A DNA stretch of 63,829 nucleotides, filler included, from Bigelowiella natans CCMP2755 (lineage: Eukaryota > Protista > Cercozoa), in the NCBI GenBank assembly GCA_000320545.1. It is 7 parts of 7 records of this genome, joined end to end, with 100 filler letters (N's around TTAATTAATTAA, not from the genome) between each part and the next. Parts side by side here need not be neighbours in the genome. Positions count along the whole stretch, not along the records: positions 23,324 to 48,353 come from ADNK01002427.1; 6 more parts are not named here. One strand, 5' to 3'. Positions 25,602-38,720 of the stretch are shown one piece after another. The position numbers and the translations under genes are program-made. A model generated the notes under the pieces. It saw only the letters and a list, made by a program, of their open reading frames with translations. It did not search any database and was not told where the DNA came from. Numbering within the stretch: the stretch's first letter is position 1; every line of letters begins with the position of its first letter.

Positions 25602-27002
25602 TCACTCCCGTGAGCTCCTAGTATTTACATGTTCTCTGAAGAATCGAAGTGCTCTTTCGTATGCGGAGAAAAAAATCAATCCTCCAAGAACATTGAACTG
25701 CACACGGGGTATCATTCCACTGAATAACACTGCTACACCATCCTCCTACGTAGTAGTGTGCATAGTAGGAGGACCAAAGAGTGATGGATAATAAAGTTAT
25801 TACTTTCCACATGTATATTATTAAGGGCGGAGCATAGAATATCACGATGATGACCTGAGCAATCTTCTTCATTGTTGCAAAGGTCCCATTGTACCGTACA
25901 CCTTTTTAAGATGTAATGATCATAAAGATTGACAACTCTCCACTAACTGCTTAAATATGGTGCACAATGCAATAGCTACCCATGATCCAACATATTTCTC
26001 AAGAGAAAGCAATACTACTTAAATAGACTCACAAGATTGACAAAAACTATTCATCATTGTACTGTTTCTTGTTGTCGTAGTCGTTGTCATCGTCATCATT
26101 ATCATACCTTTCCTATCCGTTGAACATAACATCAATCTCGTCTTTACCACATCTAATGGTGTTGTCACCGTCGCAGCAATAGCCTATTATTATTATTGTT
26201 ATTATTATTATTATCATCATTATCTCCTTGTTGTGAATGAAGGAACGAGGAAGTAGAAGATACACTGACCCCGGCAGCTGCTCCACATAGCCCGCTTTCC
26301 CAGGACGAGGGTGCGCATCTAAATCGCAGTAACAATTGACAGTTTATATTATTCATGCAAATTCATGTGTTGGTGATCATATAAGAAGAATATACCATCA
26401 TCGCCGTCGTCGTCACTATCATCATCGTCATCATCATCATCATGTACGTCATCTTCAGTTGTGGAAATAACTAGGTGATATCGTTAGATTATACGACAAA
26501 GTCAGCGGCACTCTTAGTATTAATTATATTTGGAAACAAATGATAATAAAAGCAATACCCTTTGTGCTTTATCACCAGTTGATGCTTCAATGCCTCCCAA
26601 ATAGGGTACTGATAGTAGGAAGAAGAATGTGTAGCTGCTAATCAAAATGATGATGAGTGACGATGGTGCAGTAACTATTATTGGATCGATGAGAAGGCAA
26701 TAACACTAATACTGGTGGAGAATCTAGACTGTTGTAGAAGTACTGAAACTATGCTTTCAGTGGTGTTATTGCTGACAAAGACAGAAAAGGTACATCGTCA
26801 TAATGAAACAAACGACAACCTGGATGGCGGAGTAGGGCACTTCGCGAAACACAGTTGTGAGATATCTAATCAAACCAAAGAAGAAGAAGATGATGATGAT
26901 GGCGAGGAGGGAGGCGGCACAAGGAGAAGAAGGTGGTTTCATCAAAAGACAAAAAGAAGTCAACTTGACAATGTCGTATTGCAGATCTGCGCAGCTGTTC
27001 CC

Positions 27003-27033
<31 letters not shown>

Positions 27034-27583
27034 AACTACTACTTCTACAACTACTGCTACTACCAAATTTTGTCTTTGTATCATCAGATTCTCATCGTGT
27101 GTGATATTGTTAACATCACCATCATCATCAGATTCTCATCGTGTGTGATATTGTTAACATCACCATCATCATCAGATTCTCATCGTGTGTGATATTGTTA
27201 AAATCACCATCATCATCAGATTCTCATCGTGTGTGATATTGTTAACATCACCATCATCATCAGATTCTCATCGTGTGTGATATTGTTAACATTATCATCA
27301 TCATCAGATTCTCATCGTGTGTGATATTGTTAACATTATCATCATCATCATCATCATATTGACGATGTTCTTCCTATAACTGCCTTTTACTCGGCATGAT
27401 GGTAAATGACAGCTCTCTCTCTCTCTCTCTCCTTCTCTCCACTCATCACAGTGTCATTTTCTCCTTATTACCCTCTATAAAGACCCCAGGGTCCTTCTGT
27501 TTTGATGATGGCGCGTAAGGAGGAGTAGGCAGACATGTGCAACCCTGCCTGCACCTTTAGAATATAAATAAATAAATAAATAA

Positions 27584-27623
<40 letters not shown>

Positions 27624-27811
27624 GGGGGGTCGTGTAGAGGTGGAAGAAGAGGCGGGGGAAGAAGAGAAGGAGTACCTTTTGCTTTACATTTTCCGTTGGA
27701 ACTACCATCACACACGCTACCTGTATATTAACGAAATAACGCAGGGTAAACAAACAAACCATGTATGGTGACAGTGATAATGATGACGATAATGGTTATG
27801 TTCGAAACCAG

Positions 27812-27850
<39 letters not shown>

Positions 27851-27994
27851 GAAATATATAATATTTTATCCGGGACGAATTCAGTACAGGACGTCATCTT
27901 CTTCGCTGTTTATCATTTAAAATCTAAATCTCTCGTTTCTCTCTCCAATTTAATCGCAATTATCCGACTTCCCTTCTTTTTCTAAGCTTAAGGA

Positions 27995-28026
<32 letters not shown>

Positions 28027-28897
28027 GTGCTGCTACTCTCTGCTACCGTTTCTCCCACCATCCCTGAGATCATGTGCGCCGTCGCCTAAAACAACAACGA
28101 ATTGTATGAGTTTTATTGATTATTACAATGCTGCTGCCTTGAAGCATGCAATGATGACTACAATGCCAACGATAACATACCCCGTAATGCGAGCCTCCTT
28201 CCTCTGCATCTAAAAGGTACTTTGTCGTTTCATACGCGCCGAAGAACAGGCTAGCTACGGGGGCTGATCCTATAACAGCGGCGCAAAGTCCTCTAGTGGT
28301 TGGTGAGATAAATGGAGGGGAATCAACCAATGAAGAACCAATGATGATGATGATGATCATCATGATGATGATGAGAGAATGCGCTGTCATCATGCAGTAA
28401 ACATAGGTATGATAGTAGTAGTGGTAGTAGTATTAGTAGCTTTTGTTCTTGGAACTCTTCTTTTACTTCTTTTTCTACTACTACTACTACTACTGCTACT
28501 ACTGCTGCTGCTGCTACTACCGATAAACACCTTGGAAACCACCTGCTGCACTAAAACCTAAGGATGATGATGGTGATGATGATAATGGTGTTCGTTGTGG
28601 CGGTGGTGGTGATGATAATGCGGTGATAAGTACTACAATATCGTCGTTGGACCGTGTCAATAATCAAGCATTTTAGATGAAAATTATAATCATAATCAGA
28701 AAACCACGTAGTTTGACTCATCACTATCATTATTGTCATCATCACCATCACCATCACCATCACGACAACAAAACCACAAGCAGCATGCACACCCACCCAC
28801 CATGACCTTTCGATGATTGTAAACGTGTTTTAATAGTATCTAGCGGAAAGAGCATCGTATCCACACATATCCCTGCTACTCCACCAGCAAATAAGGC
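25602..28897 (-). CDS. Mitochondrial carrier unit B (SAM carrier / SLC25A26-PET8-like)
   Basis: All three carrier repeats are present across exons: [27 protein letters not shown]; [19 protein letters not shown]; [19 protein letters not shown]. Also [28 protein letters not shown] and [23 protein letters not shown]; TGA at 25602-25604. Confidence 0.92.
27081..27344. repeat. Intronic minisatellite, 44 bp x 6
   Basis: Unit tcatcagattctcatcgtgtgtgatattgttaacatcaccatca, near-identical abutting copies with no spacers. Confidence 0.93.
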
Positions 28898-29098
28898 CTA
28901 ATACAGAAGAAAAGAGTCATCATTAGGTTTATTTAACAGTTGGTGAGTAGGGTAGATGGCAATAATCACAACACTAATTATAGTGTGATAGTAGTTCGCT
29001 ATAGACATAAGCATATATATGTCCGACAAACGTAGAAAATCTCACATCAAAGCTATGTAGCAATAGGGAATATATACACTTTTCTGCTTTTCTGGTAC

Positions 29099-29132
29099 CT
29101 CAAGAATCGTTGTGTGCTTCATCTTTGAGCAA

Positions 29133-29163
<31 letters not shown>

Positions 29164-29320
29164 GTGATAATGCCGTTGATGAGGTGGAATTATCGTTGGA
29201 ATACATTCTTTTCTCATTTTTCTGCTCCTTTCCCCCCCTCTTCAAAATCCCTCCCTCTGCTCTGCCACGAGATGCATAAAGATCAACATCTGCAGCACTA
29301 TTGCTGGTAGTGTGATTGAG
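29099..29320 (-). CDS. 222-nt phase-0 linker exon between carrier units A and B
   Basis: Acceptor tcctcag|CTC at 29320 and donor GAG|gtacc at 29099 enclose 74 stop-free codons (LNHTTSNSAADVDLYASRGR...SKMKHTTILE). Confidence 0.65.
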
Positions 29321-29354
29321 CTGAGGAAGACAACAAAGTAAAGCTATAATATGA

Positions 29355-29385
<31 letters not shown>

Positions 29386-29551
29386 CCCTAAGAGGAAATG
29401 AGTTGAAATGAAATAACTTGAGGCGAGTGAAAGCTATAATGGTGGTTAGATAGCTGTTGTAGCATCATCACCAACTACATATTTATACCACGCATATATT
29501 GACTTAATCAACGTGATATTCATCATCATCGTCGTTGTCGTAATCATTAAC

Positions 29552-30125
29552 CTTGGTTGTCTCGTGCTGCTGCTGTAGTACACTTGTCTTCTTCTTCCCC
29601 GTAACAAACGCCTTTTCCACCAGCGACAAGGAGAAGTCGTAAGCCGAGAAGAAAATCATTCCTATTGAATGAAATGCTCGATATCATTCCCAGAGCAGAG
29701 TGCAGCATATTCATGAAATTTGAACGATATGATGAAGCACAAGAAGTAGAGGGAGGAGTAGGACAAAGTCCAGCGAAACCCGAGCGATGAGAGATGTAAT
29801 ATGACTCATCGTCATCATCATCATCACCAAAGGTACTTGATAATAACATTATGCATACAACCCCCAACAAAGCACAACTGAATCCTTGGAACGAATCCGG
29901 AGAACAGCCCTGTAATACCCTGATGTACGCGGTACAGTGGTAGCAGTAGCAGCGAAGCGCCAACAGCAATCACAACAAGAATAAGAGGAGGAAAAATAAT
30001 GAGAGAGTCTAGTGCATAGTAACTACGATGCACGAGTATGGTAAGAGTGGTTGATGGGGGTATTTTGTTGGTAAAGGAGGCCTTTTCTAGAACAAGTAGT
30101 TTGCAGTATTTTGCATACATGCTTC

Positions 30126-30162
<37 letters not shown>

Positions 30163-30556
30163 TAAAACATTAGTAGCAGAGCAGGAGTAGGAGGAGTACC
30201 CCCCCCTCCTTACTACCTCTTTCTTGAGAATAGAAGCAAACGCTCTTAGAGTCGAGGCGTCACGTGGGGCATCTACAAATGAAGAAATGGTGATGAGAAG
30301 AGAAGGAGAAGGAGAAGGAGGAGGAGGAGGAGGAGGAGGACAGCAGCACACAATGAGCATGTTGATATCACCGTTTTTCGCAGCAGCCATCACCAAACAA
30401 TGCAATACATGGTGTTTGCTACTACTACTACTACTACTATGACTACTACTACTACCTCCAATCATTTGTCGGGTCTTCAAAACATCGATCGGTGTCGTTA
30501 TTGCCGCTGAAAGCTACCAACGGTTACATATAATACAACAGTAGCAGCATATCTAA

Positions 30557-30599
<43 letters not shown>

Positions 30600-31020
30600 G
30601 CAGCAACACTGCTATTTCCTTATATTCATAACAGTGCTCAAAGTAGCGCTATCATTAAAATCTTAGAATTCTACTACCGCGCCTGCAAGAGAGCCGCATA
30701 ATCCACTTTCCCATGGACTCAAACGACGAGAAGAAGAAGACGATGACGACGATGACGATGATGATGATGATGAGTAGTATATCTGCAACCGTCTAAGTAG
30801 AAATCAATAGCAAATAAAGGAGATCTGAATAAGCAGCGTGTGGTATTTGATATAAGGGGGGGGGGGGGGGGGGGAGGATAAGGAGAAAAGAAGAGGACAG
30901 GGTGACCAATAGGGATGTGGATATCGATTATGTGTAGTAACGTGGTTATATTGGAGACACGTGCATCTATTTGCTACTTCCCTTGTTATCACTGTTATTG
31001 TTGTTGTTGTTGTTGTAAAG

Positions 31021-31051
<31 letters not shown>

Positions 31052-31547
31052 CGTTTCAGTTCTTCCCACACTGTGAACTGTACGACGGAAAAAGGCTAAA
31101 GAGCACCACACACACACACATACACACAACACACACACACACAAAGTTATGAAATAATATCATTTGAATGAGCGGAAGAAACCATCGTTGTACTACTACC
31201 ATTTCTCGTAGCACTGTGGACTGAAATCCGACGAAGTAGCCCCTCCACCCCTACAATCAATGTGCTGTGTGCGTGCATGTGTGTGTGTGTGTGTGTGTGC
31301 CGTTGTTAATGTTGTTCTCCTACTCTCCCGTCATTTCCCCTTCTGATGGTTATCATCATAAATGTTTGAATCCTTTGTTTTTAAGAGACTGTATAAAGTC
31401 GATGATTATTGAGTCACCTGTGTTCTTGATATCCCTGTAATAGCAGCTAGTGTGTGCTGATAAAGGCCTATGAGAAGAAGCAGCATCACAAATGTTACTT
31501 TAACTGCAACCGCTCATGTAGTACACACACACACACACACACACACA

Positions 31548-31584
<37 letters not shown>

Positions 31585-32311
31585 ATATACATATATACCA
31601 GCCTGCACTTTCTGCTTTATATTATCCGCTGGGACTCGAGCAAGGCATGATGTTACTGCGCCCATCTGAGAATAAGAAGAAGAAGAAGAAGAAGAAGAAG
31701 GGGATTGTCGTGATAGATGGCATCAAAACAAGAACAAAGTTGTTGTCCACCATTCCTACTTGCTCTCACCACCATGTTTGTTATCGTTTGTCCTCGTTTT
31801 ACTACCGATCCTGCCAACATCTGTGACGTAAGATCGCCGTAACCCCTTTCGCCTAAGCATATCTGAGAACAAAAATATAATAATGATATAGTAATAATAA
31901 TAACGATGACGATGATGAACTGATAATTATAATCAACACTATCATTCATTCAATGTACATGAAATGGGAACAATATATGATTTTAGCAGTCGTAGCTCAA
32001 GTAGTTATTATCGAGATAGTAGTAGTATTAGTAGTAGTAGTATGTGCTACAAACAATGGAACCACTTCTGTCAAATCCTACTGATATATAACTACTAAAC
32101 AAGGATGCTCAGATGATGCAATGACGTGCTGAATGATGAAGAAGGATATGTTGTTGTTTTGGCCCTGCCTTGGACATCTCGTAGACTCCGAAGAATAGCG
32201 CCGCATTGGGGGAAGACCTAGAGAAATTATCATTTGAGTTGTATAAATGATGATGAACCTTGTTTGTATTTATCACCATAAATGCATGCTGCCTCAATAC
32301 ATAATTATCAT

Positions 32312-32353
<42 letters not shown>

Positions 32354-32878
32354 CATATATTTCCACCATTTGATGAACAAGGACTTCCTCTTACTACCCA
32401 AGCATGGCTGCAAAGAGCCCGGAGTAAAGGTTTCGGAACCCCCCAGCAGCTCTGAAACTTTGGAAGGAGAGTACATCATCATATGGCAATGAAGAAGCAG
32501 ACAAAGCAGGAAGAGAAGAGAAATAAGAAATAAGGTGAGGGAAATCAAAATAAAGAGGATAATTATAATGAGGGCTATCATTGATCTCATCATCCGTTTT
32601 TGCATTGTTTGATCTTCATAGCCTACTTCTACTACTGCTAATGATACATCGCATCATCATCCTCGTATTATTAGCAACTACCCGTTTTTACTCTGAAGCC
32701 TTGTCTTCATGGTATCAACAGGGAAAAGTATCTAAAAGAACAACGCGGATTTGCTATAATTCAGAGTCAAGTAGGAAATAATAATCAAGTTCATTACCCT
32801 AATGATTTTCCATGAAATTATGGTTGGAAGTTTATACACACACATGCACATACAGATGTGCGATGGTTGGCAGTTTAT

Positions 32879-32918
<40 letters not shown>

Positions 32919-33067
32919 GCGAACGCACATGGTCAATACACAATATTATATTTGATATTTATATTAAGAGTAGGGAGAATGGCATGAGGAAATATTATCG
33001 GATCAACAAGACGGCAGTCTATATGTAAGTTGTGCGCTGCGATGATATCTGTAGCGTGCGCGTGACA

Positions 33068-33114
<47 letters not shown>

Positions 33115-33345
33115 TATGATTATCCAATACTCAGTACCGCGTCAACTGCCATCCCAGCAATACCCCCTGACAGCAGCGTGAAAATATCATATCATCGATG
33201 GGTGAGATGGGGGAAATGGATGGCGCACGCGCATACGGAAAGCTAGGTATTAAGCTACTACTATGTATGATTCATAGTTCAGCTACCTGCGAGCAAGGCT
33301 GGAAACAAACCTACGTCGTCATTCCTAGTACTGCTTTCCAGATCT
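29552..33345 (-). CDS. Mitochondrial carrier unit A (SAM carrier-like), paralogous to unit B
   Basis: Exons give LFPALLAG-GIAGMAVDAVL-FPVDTMKTRLQ; FRAAGGFRNLYSGLFAAMLG-SSPNAALFFGVYEMSK; SCLARVPADNIKQKVQAG; LSAAITTPIDVLKTRQM; FSGFVPRIQLCFVG-GMIFFSAYDF. Confidence 0.92.
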
Positions 33346-33420
33346 GAGCTGAAAATGAGTAGTACCGCTTGAATTCTTCGAAACTGCTACTACTACCACC
33401 ACCACCACTACTACTACTAT

Positions 33421-33491
<71 letters not shown>

Positions 33492-33537
33492 GTAATAATA
33501 ATCATAATAATAATCAGCTGACGTAGCTGAAACACTC

Positions 33538-35995
33538 GGAAGAATGTGAATAATGGTCATACTTGTTCCTCCCGCCCTTTGATCCCGGTCCCAGCTTCTG
33601 ATTTCCCTCCTCCATGATAGCCAATTCGAATGGCCCTCTGAGACCAAAGCAGATGCAGTAGCTCGCAGCCTCCTCTGTCTGCGCTGCCCCCCCCCCTTCT
33701 TCTAATCCGTGCACGTAGCCGAACGATGTTTTTTCTTTGATAAATGGCCTGGATTCTATAGACTGCGTCACGGATTTGCAAGCAGTTCTGTTTAAATCTC
33801 CAGCAATTCGCTTACCGGCATTTTTATTAGGAAAATATAAAAATACTGTGTCGGACGATGGATATCACCTTTGTCTCGTTGTCTTTTCCATAATTTTATC
33901 CTGATTTATATCTTAATCCCCCCCCCCCACTGATCATAACCGTTGAGGCAACTGATCACACTTCCCGCCTCCCTCTTTCCGATTGCACTGTCCTCGCATG
34001 AGGATCGGAAGTCCATGTAATACAAAACTTGAAGGCATACTGCAATTCCATCTTCAATGGTCTCTATAATCGCCCCTCTTGATCATATGCAGGTACCCTC
34101 GTGGCGTTAATCTTCCTCGCTTTCGCTCAAGGGGTAATCGCAGTATTTGTCGCACAGCTTTGCCGCCTGATAACAGCAACAATGTTTGTACAGGTTTGGC
34201 AAGATGGAAATGTAGTACGAGGGAATCTCGAGGTATTGTGAATTTTGGTTCGGTTGGTAGTAAAAAGGGAACATCAATGAGTGGCCATCATCATAACTTT
34301 CAGGCGTCAGAGAGTGGCCATCATCATAACTTTCAGGCGTCAGATGTTCCTCAGAGGCCCAAAACCTACGACAATTGTCTAGTCACTATGATAACAGGGG
34401 AGAGGATAGACGTAGGATACGCCCTAGGTAGTGAAATATCTGTTAATACTTGGTGGCTCACGAAGACTGAAGAGTTTGAAAGAAACCCCTCCTCCCTCAT
34501 TTGGATCTTTTATCCCTAGGAGCGCTGACGTTGGGACATAGTTTCAGGAAACATACCAAGATGAAGCCTTCTCCTAGGTGAATGGTCACTTTTTTACCTT
34601 GAGATGCTGATATTGAAGATGTTCCTGTTATTCACAAAGCTCTTCTTACAACGCTGCTCTGTTCTTCAACAATTAAATAAATGGAAAAATCGAATTTATT
34701 CCCTATTCTTCTGAGACTAGCACGCATGGCTTTTAGATTAATTCTGATCCATGACCAAGAAGTGGGTAAGAAGACACATACCGGCCTCAAGAGCAATGCG
34801 AACATGTTGGATGTTATTAGAGACACTGGTATGTTCTTATTTCCCGGCTGCTGCTGCTGTATCCAATTGTAACCCCATCTTTCAAATTACTCAATTTTCA
34901 AGATTGATAGGTTGCATTTCCATATAAAAGGTGTTGTTTGGTTTCCAAGTGTTCTCGTTATAATATTGAAGATGTCAATTGCGTCCTCCTTCACTTATTC
35001 TTAGGGATATGGGATGAGATACGGGAAATGCCCCCATTGCCTGGAACTAATGATTCTGAGGCGATGAACAAATATGCCTCGATGCTTTTCAAACTCAATG
35101 CATGGCGTCTGGATGATTGCAAGAGGGTAGGAGTCGGACTAAAGCAGCGAACAAATGTTTACACGTGTTTTGTAGGGAATCTCTGTAGAAACTCAATTTT
35201 TGAGCTGATCCAAGTTGTTCGTCGATCTTCGTCATTAGCCTTCTGAATGTCTGCTGGGAAATCCTCTCTTCGTGATACTAATAATGATCATAATGATAAC
35301 AATAATAATGATAAAAGGTATTGTGGATGGGTACTGACTCTATTGTGGTGCGGAATATCGGTGAGTGAGTGAGCGTGCTGCATTTTCAAACACTTCGTCA
35401 AAATTCATGAGCTATGCCTCGAAATGTAATTATGATATATTTTCCTCGATTTTTTAGCCATATTCAGAATATACTTTCTAACTTACAGATGAGCTCTTCA
35501 CTCCTCCAAGTGCAGCCGCTGCCTTTCCGCATACGCTCTCGGTCCCTGATATGGGGTATTGGTCAATGTTCTGGCTCTCCCCCGCCTTTAATGGAGGTTG
35601 GCAATAATGATCCATGAAGAACTCATTGTTGATAAGAAGGGGAAGAGAGAGCAAGAGTTAGTTTGTTCAAATATTTTCAACTCCTCACAATTTATGATGG
35701 GGTATTTAAGGCACGATGAATAGCACTAAACAACATACTCGATAAACTGAGTAGTTGATGTTCTTGTTGTTGTTGTTCTTCTTCTTCTTCCTGCTGCTGC
35801 CGTTCCCATTATCTTCTTTTGTCGTACGATAGACTTTATCGTATTCCACCCCTCCCCCGAGGCCTTTAGAAGTCTGAATTCCCTTGCTAAGCAATCATCA
35901 GTTGAAGACTTAGTTAGGCTTCACAAGCCTCCAGGACCCATGGATCAGGGTCGTTGGAATACTAGTGATATAGTAGTAGCAGTAGTAGCAGCATC

Positions 35996-36032
<37 letters not shown>

Positions 36033-36074
36033 TTGGTATTTTGTGCGTAGGAGTTTATATCACACACACACACA

Positions 36075-36118
<44 letters not shown>

Positions 36119-36962
36119 TATCTTCATGTGAACTTATCGAAACCACCACCCATACTACTACTACTACTAATAATAATAATAATAATAATAATACCCTTTT
36201 CTTATTCTTTCTTTCTTTCTTTCTTTTAGGCGTGCTGAATAAATTCTACGGAGCTGATATACATCTTCTCCCATGGTGCTTGTTTGTATGTTTGGCCACG
36301 CACACAACACAATCAACAACTGTTTGTCTGCCTTCCCGTCATCATACAGATGACTACTTACGACTCCTGAGGTGCTGCTGCTGCTGCTTTACGTTATGAC
36401 TACTGTGTTTATGCTGCGGGTGCTGATGACTCTACACCAAAGGTTTTATTCCATTGAAGCCATTGGCATCGTGAACATCTTTCGCCGAAATGCGAAGGAG
36501 AGGGCGTTTGGAGATACACTAGCTGAACATCTTTTATTGGACAACGACGATTCTCTTCCTCAAACCAAGCTCCTTGGACGGGATATTCCCTCGGTAGCAC
36601 CACGCACGCACACTCCTATGCCAGCACCTGAGCGTTTCAGGCACGGATAATGCCGGAATAATAATCCATGCTTGACTTCGCTGCCTTTACTTTCTTTCCA
36701 AACCGTGGTTGTTGATCATCGACTCCCTATTCTCTGAGTCGGCAATGCCGTCGTCATCATCATCATCCATGCCAAGTAGTAGTCACCTGACTATGCTATA
36801 ACATCTGCTTAGGTGGAATGGCGGTGGGGTGATGATAGGCCCTTCCAGGGCGAGGATTGGCTGGGCCCGAATCAGATCAGAGCTCTTATGGTAAGAGATA
36901 AACAAGAACAACAACAAGAAAATATCGTCATCTAACTACGGCTACGATTTTTGGTTGCATGT

Positions 36963-37009
<47 letters not shown>

Positions 37010-37243
37010 TGTGTGTGTGTGTTTTCTGCGGCAAGAATAGCTAGAAAAGCTTGGCAAAATGATGTTTGATTTCGAATGAACGAATTCCTTGTATTGGTTT
37101 GCTGCTGCTACTGTGGTTACTTACAGATGCTGAAGAACATGAAGAGATGGAAGACGATTCATTACGCTCATCACGGTTGTTGCTCGTCATCGTTCACCGA
37201 ATCTGAATAATCTAGATGCTGCACATTGTTTAACATACTATTT

Positions 37244-37286
<43 letters not shown>

Positions 37287-38123
37287 ATATATATCCTCTT
37301 TTGAGTTGCTGTTCTCTGTGTGTTTGTATGTGTGTGGTTATGACTTCTTTCTCTCTCTCCCTTCCTCTCCCTCCCTCTCACTGTCCATTTTGGTCCTCCC
37401 CCCCTATTATCCATTTGATATGTTCGCGATTGGCACTTCTTGGTCGTCTCGGTGTTTTGCCGTACCCTCCATGCCCGGCACCATCTCTCCTTTATTTCTC
37501 TCTCTCTCATCTAGCAATGAAGCCGTGGAGAAAAGACCGTAAAAAAAAGAATATTAACAATAATACTACTAATAATGATAGTAATAAGATCTATAGCTAA
37601 GAATATCTTCCCGATTCGTTTCTGTAGCATCAACTCACAAATTTAAATCAAAGCGCTAATATAATCATAACATCGGTGTTGAGATTTCCTCTCTTTATGC
37701 TCTTGCTCCTCTCTGAAAAGGCGGTGACTACCATATTTCGCCTGGAATGAGTACGCTGAAACTTCCTACATTCTTCTTCCACATATGGGATGAGGTGTGC
37801 GTAGACCTCGTCACGAATCATCCAAAGGTCATGAGATTCTGTTCATAGAAGCAGTCAATCCTCGCCCGATCTTTCTTGCCAAGATAAACTGCCGACGCTG
37901 CGAAATCAAGCACTCTGGATGTAGCATCTGACACCCGTGTTGTTGTTGTTGTTGTTGTTGTTGGTTTAAGATTCGAGAGAGCTTTGATCTTCTTGGAGAC
38001 TCTGTTTGCCGGACTACGACGAATAGCACAGAGACGGGGACGAGTAAAGAATAAAAAGGGATTAGGACGAATGCGAAGTATCAGCTCACGATAAAGTAAT
38101 GTTACGTCAGGATTGTTGTGCAA
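33538..38123 (-). CDS. Uncharacterised upstream exons; the proximal exon splices in frame onto carrier unit A
   Basis: The exon ending ...KYDHYSHSS(GA|gt) joins ag|CTCAGAT to read SDSDLESSTRNDDVGLFPALLAGG. Further exon-like ORFs lie upstream (GAIIETIEDGIAVCLQVLYYMDF; PLLINNEFFMDHYCQPPL). The start is not resolved. Confidence 0.45.
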
Positions 38124-38720
38124 AGATTCGAGCCATTCCTCTGCAATGAAATGGCTATCTCATCAGCGCACGCATGATATGCGCGACGATAAGGTATACT
38201 GGGAAGTTGTATGTGTTGGTACGCTCGATGTTGGTACGCTCGATGTACACTCAATTAGACGACGTCTGTGTATATCAGCATTGCATTTATACTGTGCAAA
38301 AGGCGTATAGCGTAACTTTGGCTAGTAAACACATTCTCGCGCAGCGAATGGGCGTACATGCTTGATTTCTAACGACCGCTAGTCCGAGCTACTGCGAGAC
38401 AGGCTAGCATGGTTGATTTTCTACATTTTGTGACCTGCATTGAGCTGCATGCAGGCGCTCGGACTTCATTGCATCACATGCCCGAATACAAATAATAGTA
38501 TTTATTGTAGTGTCGCAAGTGCTTATAGTTTCGATCAGCTAGAATTAGGCGTGGCGACTAGTGGACCCAATATATACAAACACAAACTACAAATTCATAC
38601 ATACTCAAAGATCTGGCAGCGGGGACGCATGCACGCATGCAGCAGGTGTACTACATATAGCTATGTACACATAACTTTGCGCATTTGCAACAAAGCGTTG
38701 ATCTATCAATTGGCGTAGTA

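Noticed and set aside
27081-27344. CRISPR-like array (also 20270-20409)
   Set aside because: The units abut with no unique spacers, there are no cas genes, and the context is a eukaryotic intron.
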